From Cercozoa sp. M6MM (lineage: Eukaryota; Protista; Endomyxa: Ascetosporea), in the NCBI GenBank assembly GCA_040357565.1, contig JBDODJ010000007.1: a stretch of 64,000 nt of DNA; one strand, written 5' to 3'. How positions within the stretch are numbered: the first letter of the stretch is position 1; each line of letters begins with the position of its first letter. Shown piece after piece: positions 54,759-64,000 of the stretch. The translations under genes and the position numbers were made by a program. A model generated the notes under the pieces. The model did no database searches, was not told where the DNA came from, and saw nothing but the letters and a program-made list of their open reading frames with translations.

Positions 54759-56701
54759 ATGTTGGAGTTTCGTGTGGTTTCGTGCAGCTTTCGGACTTTG
54801 CGAATTTTTGGGCACTTTTGGGGTTTTCTGCCTGTGCCTAGTCTGGTTCCTACGCCACTTGTGTTGCTAGTGTTTCGCCAAATTCGCTCAATGCATTCCT
54901 TCAAGAGCCTCATTCACTGGCACAAGACTGCAACAAGCCCATCGATCGCGATTCGCAACATCTTCAATGCCGCTCGAGTATCATTCGGCGCACCTGATCG
55001 ACTGCGCGTCGAAGGTTTTCGGGCTGCAGCAACGCCGCTTCGCGCGGACAACACCTCGCAGCTGATTGCGCTCTGGTCTCCCAACTCAGTGTCATACGGT
55101 CATTCGCAGTCCCTCGGCCAAAGCTTGTTGCACTTGGATGTGAAAAAAGACGACTACGAGCACAAGCCTGTGCATGGCGCTGCGTGGATTGTTGGTCGCT
55201 GCCCAGAACAGGTCCGCAAGTTTGAAAGTGCAAAAGCTTTTCTGCGACCTTTCGACGACGAGCTCGTGCCCGAACGTTCGTTAAACCTGCTCGCTTCGAT
55301 CGGGTGCCCATCCGGTCACCGACCGACTTTTCATCATGTCGAAGTAAAACGAGGTTAAAGCAGTTGCTACTTTGTCACGCGATTCCGTTTGCTGACATTT
55401 TTTGGTTTTCTGGGGCAGATTCGGTGCAAGAAGAGCTTGCGCAGGAAGGTGATATGGTGGCAGAAGGAGGCATGCTGGACGGAAAGTGGGCAGAGCAGCA
55501 TGGTGATCACGATCGCGAGCTCATGGTGCAGCAGGAGGAGTCGCGCTTTTTGGACTTTTTCATCGAAACCGATGCGTTTAATCACGCTGTGACTCATATT
55601 GGCGAGGTTGCTGCGGACGAAGCTGAGGAGCCATCGACTGGACCTTCACACCAGCGCGCTTGGAACAGTGTTGTCACAGCTTTGAGATATGCGTACGGTG
55701 ATGACTCTGTTGTCACTGCTGTGCGATCTTTCCCGTTGCAGGTACCAGACTGTGTCTATTAGTTTTGCTTCCTATAAATATATGCGTTGTAGGGCACCAC
55801 TGTGCAAATCTCCGGGGCTTTTGGAATTGATGAGGGTGGTCATCTCAGTGCCATGCTTCTGAGTGACGCCCTCATTCCCGAGAGTGACCTCAACAACATT
55901 TTGGGCGAAGTGATCGAGTCTACTCTCTACCTGCAGCGCTCGCGCCCTGTAGTCTCGCACAGTGCCGTGATGATGTGCTCAGGTTTAGCCGAAAACTCCT
56001 TCTCGCAGCCACTTATCAAGAAGTTCAACTACGAAGTTGAAGCTCTTTGTCGCGATGCTGCGTACGCCTTGATGCCGAGCACTGCTCGACACCTCGTGAC
56101 TCTCCGCTTGGAAGGCTTTGAGAACGACATGCGTGCTCGGCGCCTTGCGAAAAATCTGCTGTACGACGAAGGCGTGATGAGTGCACTGGGTGACGCCCTG
56201 CAGAAGCACGATCCTCCGAGCGTTGACTACGCTCGAAATGAACGCGGTCGCCGACTTCGTGACGCAATTGACGTGCTACACGAGCGCAGCACGGAATTTA
56301 TGGCTAATTCGCCCAGTGACCCTCGACCGCAATCCGATGTTGTCGTTGATGTCACTCTGGTACAATATGTTTGTTCTGTTTTAGGTATATAATTTACTGG
56401 TTCACCCACCACTATCGTGATTTTCCCGCGCAGGAGTCAGGCGAGCCTGCTGTCCGTCAGCGCATGGAACCGATCGTTCTTACTCCGCCGACCGCGCCTC
56501 AAATCATGGCACCGTCTGGCACTACAGATCTTGACGCTGCCGCTGCTGTCATGTCCGTTGTTCTTTCAAATTAATGATTTTATTTTATCGGGGCGATGTT
56601 ATTGCTTTGATAGGATGGCGAACGAGCGCCACTCGGTCATTCGCTTGCAAGCCAAACATGGCTTTGACATCGGCCACGCCAGCGCGATTCTTGCCCTGTG
56701 A
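54759..56701 (+). CDS. ArgJ (ornithine acetyltransferase)-fold protein lacking catalytic motifs; probable pseudoenzyme
   Basis: Colinear similarity to ArgJ: VEGFRAAA..; AWNSVVTAL..AVRSFPLQ|GTTVQISGA..MLLSDALI..LNNILGEVIESTL..VMMCSGLAEN..LCRDAAYAL..LVTLRLEG..ARRLAKNLL; open frame across canonical introns; start uncertain. Confidence 0.65.
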
Positions 56702-56786
56702 GGCGCCGACTTCGTATATCTCGTCGCGTGGATATATTTGCGGATGCGACGTTGCGCAGCGTCGGTTTCGCTCAGTGTTTGCAGAG

Positions 56787-56885
56787 TAGCCCCGAGAACA
56801 AAGTGTCGTAGTTACGGTGTAATTACTCAGTAATGTTCCAGTAATAACGGAGTAAAACTACAGTAAACGGGCAGCATTACTGTAG
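56787..56885 (+). repeat. Degenerate 11-bp phased GTAAT array preceded by TAGCCCCGAGAAC
   Basis: GTA(A/G) starts at 56808, 56819, 56830, 56841, 56852 and 56863. Confidence 0.7.
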
Positions 56886-57059
56886 CAAGCGAAGCAACCG
56901 ACGACCCCTGTGTTAAAATCTATCACTGGCAGTCAACCGCATTTAACCGAAGCCTGACACGATAGTTCTATTGTCCGCGTGGATTAGATTCCAGGCTGCA
57001 AATTTGAACCAATGCAACACTTAGAGCTCATCTCATTTAGTCTAGCTGCGAAAACAACG

Positions 57060-60000
57060 ATGGATATGCGCTCGAGCAAATCGAGTGACACGCTGCCGGC
57101 GTCACGTGCAAGCGCGCTACGTCGTTTATACTCACACGACGTGAGCGTTGCTTCAATGTTCGGGTTTGATAGTAACACAGAAATGGACACGAACAGTACC
57201 GAGACGCAAGGCGAACCGCTAGAAAAGCGACGCCGCGTAATGAGAGAAGACGGTGTACAGCAAGTTTCAACGCCGTCGTTTTTGAGCAAAGCGGCGAGAA
57301 TTCGAAGTCCTTGGTTTAAGCACACCACGACGCAGCGTCACCGAACTACTCCACTTTCCGAGACAGGAACGAATAACACTGGAAAACTGTGGTCGACAGC
57401 GTCTCGACGAGATGAACTCGCGGACGGCAGCAACGTGGTGTCGATTATCTCGTGGCGCGACCGCCCGCAGATTGGCATGGCTGTATTTAGCTTTCACGGC
57501 TCAACGCTACGCCTTTACCAAGTAATTCAACAGTATAAATCTAGCTCGGTTTGACATTTTGCGGATTTTCGTTCGTGCAAAACAAGCGCAGTTCAGCGAC
57601 ACGAACGACTTTTCTGCGACGCTGTCTGTTCTGCACAGTCATGAGAACATCCACCAAATCATTCTCTCAGAAACGGTACCGCTGCGAATTGTTTACATGC
57701 CAAGTGATTTTATGGTATATCGAGCCTATTAGTACTCAAAATTTAGATGAAAGAGTCCTCCCTCGCTCGAGTCGTGAAAAAGGCGGCAGTCCAACGCATT
57801 TTTCGATGTGGGAGAGACAATGACTTTGTTCCGCGAAGGCACTTTAATTCTGTCAATGGAATGAATCGTGTCAAACGTATCGCATCGGTGGAGTCTGCGA
57901 AGCGACTCTCGTTTTCCGAGGAATTTTTCCTGGCATTTGCTTGTGCCAACGCCGTGTTGGCATACGTCGATGAAACTGGATTGGCACCTGGTACGCGACA
58001 TCTCCGATCTGTCAAAGGCACGACATGTGTTTGTTCAAAAAGATAGAGCTTCGTGCTGCAAGTTTTTCGGTGGTGATTCGCGTTCCATCGGATTTCTTGA
58101 TGATTCACCCGTGTGCGGCGAAGGAATTGGAGCTCGTGAAGTCACTAACTGACTCACAGAGCGGGTCATTGTACAGCATGATGAGCAAGCACTGTGCTTC
58201 CAAAGCTGGAGCACGGTTTTTGCGGTCCTCGTTACTTCAGCCGCTCAATGACGCTGATACACTGAATGCGAGATATGACGCGGTCTCCGACATTGTTGAC
58301 ACTGGTAAAATTATGGATTCCGAATGCTATTGACTCAACTTACCCGAAGTGGTTACTTTGCAGGACTAAGTGGAGTCTTGTATCAGCAACTCAACAAGCT
58401 TCCCGACATTGACTCGGTGTATATCTTTGCAGCATAAACACAAATCGAAACTTAGTTTCAGTTTTGCTTTACCTTAGGTACGTCACATGCTTCTGTACTA
58501 CAAAAAACCAACCGACTCGCTGTCGCTACTCCGCGCACTGCTTCGCTTGCGAGATACTTTACAAACGGTCAGATTGGTAACCTCATTGAAAGAAACTGAC
58601 GTCATCCTGTAAAATAATATAAATTTACCCCGCTACCTTTGTATCAATGTATGTCCGTTTTGTTGTTTGTTTAAAGATTGGAGAGGAGTTGTCCGTCTGT
58701 GGCAGCTCCGTGCTGAAGGCAATCAGGTCAGTGTGTATGTGCAAGGAGGTTACGGAAGCGTCGTCTGACATTCACAAGTTGATTAACGAAGAAGCGGTTT
58801 TGGACAAAAGCGAAGTTAAAGGTGACAGGAAGCGCGTTGCTTTGATCGAGTCAATTCGGTACGGTCAAGGCAACCGATTCGACTTCATTCGAGGTCGATT
58901 GAAGACAACCATTCAACGAATTCATGAAGAAGTCGCAAATGTGAAGCGCGCTGAGCCCAGCTGTGACATGAGCAGCGTCCGCGTGCACTTCACATCAAGC
59001 AGAGGCTTTCATTTGTCGGGTTCTATTGAAATACTTGCGAACCTGAGCAGACAAAAGTACTTCATTCTACACCAGGTAAAATCGAACTGAAGGCCAGCTT
59101 CCTATTTCATATTCGTTCCATGCCTTATAACCTACTCTCGGCGCTGCTTTCATTTATTGAATCATAGACACGAAAGACAGTGTTCTTCACCAATAAAGCT
59201 GTTCGAACTGCAGAAAATGAGCGAACCCAACTTATGCAGGAAGCCGTCATGCTCGCAGCGCAGTTGACCGTGAAAAAGGTGAACGCTTTGACGGAGAAGT
59301 ACGGTGATCTATTGATTCGAATTTCCGACGTGGTGGCAACGACCGACCTCCTTAACGCATTTGCACGTGCAAGTGAGATGGGGCAGACAGATTTGAACCG
59401 CCCGACGTTCTCTGACGACGAGTTGGTGCTCGTAGGTACATTCTTACATGCCACTGATGCTAGTTTTGAAACTCCTGGATAATTAAATTTACTTCGAATT
59501 GCAGACGCGAAACACCCGCTTTTAGGTACACGGCGGGGGCCCCCCCCAGTGTGAAACTGTGTTTTTACTAACTGTTTGTCCGTCCAGAAATGTACAGCAC
59601 GACAGCTGTTCAGCCGAACTCACTACATCTGCACAAAGACCGCTCATTGGTCATAATCACGGGACCGGTAGTGCGTGCTTCAGCATAATGTAGTTGAGAA
59701 AAATAGCTTTTTCCGTCCAAAGAATGCGTCGGGCAAGACAACGATCCTCAAGACCGTCGCCATGATTGTGATTCTCGCCCAAATTGGCTGCTTTGTGGTA
59801 CATACTGGTACCCTTCGCAGCCAGGTTTAGCAAAGCTTCCCATTCCTGCAGCCCGCTGGGGAAGCAAAACTCCCTCGCTTCACTCAGTTGCTTACCAGAC
59901 TGTACCATCGCGACAGTGTGGATGCCAGTTCCTTCATGGCCGAATGTCGAGACGTCGCCGAGATCACGACGCGCGCAGACCACCGCTCCCTCGTCATAGT

Positions 60001-61353
60001 CGATGAGCTGGGAAGAGCGACTAGTCATCTCGATGCAGTTGCGCTAAACTGGGCTGTCAGCGAAGAGCTCATTCGCAGGCAAGCATTCTGTTTGGTTGCC
60101 ACGCACATCCAAGAACTCACACAACTCGCCGAAGTCTTCGTGAACGCTGCTGTTTTTCATTTCAATGTCAACTGGTCGCCGGGAGAAAAGAAACGAGGTC
60201 AGTTCGACCACAAATTGCACGAAGGCGCACACAAACTGTAAGCTCCCACGTTGTACGGAAATGTACCGATGCATACATCGCCGTTGTATTTACTGAATTG
60301 ATGTCAAGCAGAAGCACTTACGGAATAGATCTCGCGGAGTGCATGGGCTTCCCGGAATCCGCCATTGAATTTGCGCACATCGTGTCTTCGATAATCGACG
60401 AGCAGTGGAAGAGCTCAATGTCAGTATCGAACTCGACTTCAGCGCACTTGAAGGCGGTGCTGCACCTGTTCCGACAGCTAGCAGAAGTGCCAAATGCAGG
60501 AAAGTTGAGCGTCGATCGGTTGTATCAACACGCTAGTTCGGTGCTTCAAGACCACTTGAACAAGGAAGGCGACGAACCGGAAAACCGCACTGGCGGTCGC
60601 GACACTTTCTCGGACTTCTCCGATGCCAGCGTAGCGCAAAGGAGTGCTTCACATGATGTGCACTTTAAAGATCATGTCAGGCAACACGCTGGCACGTACA
60701 GTGACCTCTCGACATGCGATGAAGTACAACAAGACAACCACGGTGTCATCCATCCCAAAGAGGGTTCTGACTTGGCAGAAATTGGCTCGGATTTAGAAGT
60801 CAAACAAACGAAGAAGGCGATAATGACGTTCCCTGTGGACAACGTTTCCGCCAACAACCGTCAGCGCAACAAACAGCACAACAAAGCCGAGGCCAACTTG
60901 AAGTAGAACCCGAAGATGTACGCGACGTTTTTGAAGGCCCGAAAAAACAGGGAGAACGCGAAGAGGAAACTGAAGAGCAAGATAATGAGGTCCACGGGTC
61001 TGAGAATGCATGTGCGAGTCTCTCTGACTACGATCGAAACAGTAACTCGCACGACACAGTCATGGACACAAATGCCGATACTTGCAAAGCGACGGCGAGC
61101 GAAATCAGCGCCGAGAGTGAGCAAAACAAAGCCACTGAAGTAGTTGACCTGTTTTGTATCGTTTTTTTTTTTCAACTCGGCACACTGTGTATTACAGTCA
61201 CCACCCCGAACACTGTGCACGCAAGTCGACTTCAATGACCTTGTCGAGGACATGCGCGCTGCCACGAATAGGGCAGACGAAGACGTGAACAGTAATCTAG
61301 GTGACTTGCTAAACGAATGTGGCTCCCGTCTTGCCCTGTGCGACGAACTCTGA
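57060..61353 (+). CDS. MSH4: MutS homolog 4 (meiotic MutS-gamma subunit)
   Basis: QIGMAVF..LYQ|FSD (MSH4-type N-terminus with no mismatch-binding domain); LELVKSL..SLY..GARFLRSSLLQP; ITGP|NASGKT; ILAQIGCF; SSFMAEC; SLVIVDELGRATS; ATH; YGIDLA. Confidence 0.88.
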
Positions 61354-61801
61354 CGTCGCACGAAGCTAACTGATCAAGAGCGAAATCGAAACCGACGCCC
61401 TGCCGAGCAAAACGTGTAGCGAATTCAGAATGCAACCAACGTCTCGTGCCGGTAGAATTACCGTCAGTTCGACTTACGATACCACCCGACCTACTATAGG
61501 ACAGTTACTTGGGTCTGGATGAAACCAACAGCTACGTTAGTTCCCCTGCACTCGTCCAGCGCAGGGTGGGTCAAAAGTGCACGGCCACCTCACCTTTTGA
61601 CGTTGCCCATGGTCGGTAAAATCCGACCTACGAAACGACCTGATTGCTCCTTCTCTTTCTTCCTGTCAGTTGCTTCTTTTTCACTGTTCTTTCCGTTGCG
61701 TTGAACCCGAGTCGAGCGCGTTGGAACCCGAGGTTGAGTTCCTTCGTGTTGTAAACTAACTGAACTGAATTTTAATTACTTCTCATCGATCGATGATCGG
61801 A

Positions 61802-61895
61802 TAGCCCCGAGAACCAGGATTACGGAAATACGAATACGCTGTAATACGATATGCACGGCAGTAATATACGCCAAGATTACGCATGAATTACACCA
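61802..61895 (+). repeat. Related element: TAGCCCCGAGAAC followed by an ATTACG/AATACG/GTAAT cluster
   Basis: Identical 13-mer to 56787-56799 followed by repeated ttacg/atacg/gtaat words. Confidence 0.55.
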
Positions 61896-61981
61896 AGTTA
61901 GATCGACACGATATCGCGATCGTTTGGCTCACTGCCCTAGCGTAGCGTAGATAAATCACGCCACACTGTAAACCCACGGCA

Positions 61982-63392
61982 TCAAGCCGCTTGCTGCTGC
62001 AGATATTCGGCAAGTCGCTGCAGCTCTTCGGTCACAAAGTCGCTGTCGTCACTCGACCAGTGCTTCTGTCGGAGCTGTTCGAGCACAGCAAGTGCACGCT
62101 TGACATGCGCCTTGCTGCGCAAAAGAAACCAATTCAGCCTAGTCACACAGTCACTCTGTAAAGAGCGTGTACTCAGAGATGGGCACGAACGAACGCAAAG
62201 CGGGAAGTGCGAACTCCACCGAATACTGCGGGAATGCAAGTCAACACAAGGACGGAGCAGCAGTGTAGCCAAGGTACCGGGTAGTCTGCGAACGCCAGTT
62301 CCACACCGTCGCACAGACCTCGTTCCCAGATCGCAGTTGATGTCACCTGACAGGTACATATTCATACACAATAGGTCAACAAACATACAGATGAGAAATA
62401 CTCGATCAACGCGGCCCTCACACAGTCGCGGCAGCGCGTTACACAAAGCTTCGGCGCGCGCTTCGACTTCTTCGACGTCGTCATCCTGGGCATACTGTCG
62501 ACCCAGGGAGCCCACTGCCACACACGTAACAAGAACGCATGCAGAGGCAATAGTAGACCGTGCAAAGGTACCAAACACGGCAAGTATGCCCAAATCCGAC
62601 GATGTCACACATTTCTCCAACGCTGTTTCAACCACCTATCGATAGGGAGGAAGTACCTACAACAGTCACAAGCATGCCTACGGGACACTAAACGTACCTG
62701 ATCAGCAGCGTCACCGTGCTTGAGCCACGCGCCGCACAGTGCACTTGCCAGTGTCTTGGCCTGCAACACGACACTGTCACGTTGAACACGTTGTGTGTCA
62801 AAGGACAAACCTGATCGGACGAGAGCGGCATCAGCAGCAGCTGTCGTGCCACACGGTCGAGGACTTTCGCGCCATCCACCTGCACCAGCCGGTCATGATG
62901 AGGAGGTTTCTTGTGCGGGGACAGGACACGGAAAAAAGAAGTACCTGGTCCACCCGGGAGGAGGCACCGCCGTGAGCACGCGCGGCGTTGAGGTCATCTA
63001 CTACGGCGGCGTAATGCTGTGCGAGTGACTCGCCGCCCTGTGAAACGACCGTCATTCCCAGTCAACCCCACAGCAACGTAACATGGATACCTCACACTCG
63101 TCCAAATGCAGCATAGAAGAACGCGGCGATGACGCGGACGATGCGCTACCGTGTGCACACGCATGCATACACTGTCTTTGAGATACAGCAACTCTTTGTA
63201 CTGATCGCGTGAATCGCTCGAGTTCGTTGCCATCCGAAGTTCCGCCTGCACGTATTATGTGTTTGTGTCAGTACACACAACACGACACAAGCAAACCACA
63301 TGCCATCAAATACCTCACTGAAAATGCTGCTGATGCGGCCACGCAAGGCCTCTGTCGCTGTGCTGTCGCATGTCGCACCTGCTGGTGCACCA

Positions 63393-63429
<37 letters not shown>

Positions 63430-63738
63430 ACAAACACACATACACAAATACACACACACACAAACACACAGACACGCCTCCATTAGCACATGTCGTCTGT
63501 ACCAGGTTCCACCGAGGTTTCACCTCGCACCACTGCCGTGCCCAGGTGCCTACCACACAGTCAACAAGGTCCGTTGGACAGTCGTATCGCACCTAGTCGC
63601 ATAGACACACAGAAAGCTCGTACTGGAGTGGTGTGCCACCGAGGCCCATGCCGCCGGCCAGAAAGTCGAAAGCACGCTGCGCCTCCTCGACTGTGCGTGC
63701 TTGCAGTTCGTACAGTCGCGGTGACGCAAATCTCTTCT

Positions 63739-63793
<55 letters not shown>

Positions 63794-64000
63794 TACACAC
63801 GGAAATGTCAGCTATCGTTGCAGAAAACCAACCTTGCGCTGCCAGGCAAACAGCACTCTTCTTCGGTCGCAATCGAGGTCCACCTCGGCCTAGCAACCAC
63901 GAGTATTGAAAACAGTTGACATCATGCATGTGAGTACACACACCTTGGTTATCCAGGAGTATTCGACAAAGCCACGCGGAGGCTTTGATTCGTCGAAGTC
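61982..64000 (-). CDS. Hypothetical multi-exon protein, 3' part only (helical C-terminus)
   Basis: Series of exons bounded by GT-AG introns with (TG)n tracts, ending ..EELQRLAEYLQQQAA*; no family recognised. Confidence 0.6.

Overview
This is eukaryotic nuclear DNA from a compact, gene-dense, intron-rich microbial eukaryote (protist). It uses the standard genetic code and GT-AG introns, many filled with (TG)n microsatellites or private minisatellites, and has ten N-gaps. The ORF track is fragmented by introns, so gene models were rebuilt by hand from splice sites and motifs, and gene ends are approximate. About 21 genes are supported: a WH1-domain protein (partial), CTDSPL2-like phosphatase, NFX1, P/U-type cyclin, PFKFB, a secreted Cys/Tyr-rich protein, a giant duplicated LamG receptor, CWC21, a putative transcription factor, a TDY MAPK, the last exon of Pelota, a MIC19-like CHCH protein, an MtaD-like deaminase, a Patched/NPC1-like protein, chitin synthase, a bromodomain-ET protein, ERV1, CWC24, an ArgJ-like pseudoenzyme, MSH4 and a partial hypothetical gene. 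No rRNA, tRNA, CRISPR array or transposase was recognised. The most interesting observations are: (1) a full-length ArgJ-fold protein lacking every catalytic and autocleavage motif; (2) a secreted preproprotein joining a degenerate MANF-like region to minicollagen-like CX3C and Tyr/Thr 'YAPT' repeats, a candidate wall or cyst polymer; (3) a type I receptor built from a duplicated four-domain supermodule that includes a bacterial-type Ig-like repeat; (4) two related GTAAT-rich non-coding elements flanking MSH4, one with exact 11-bp phasing; (5) an exon-intron hairpin in PFKFB that masks an alternative acceptor. All homology calls come from motif recognition by eye; no database search was run.
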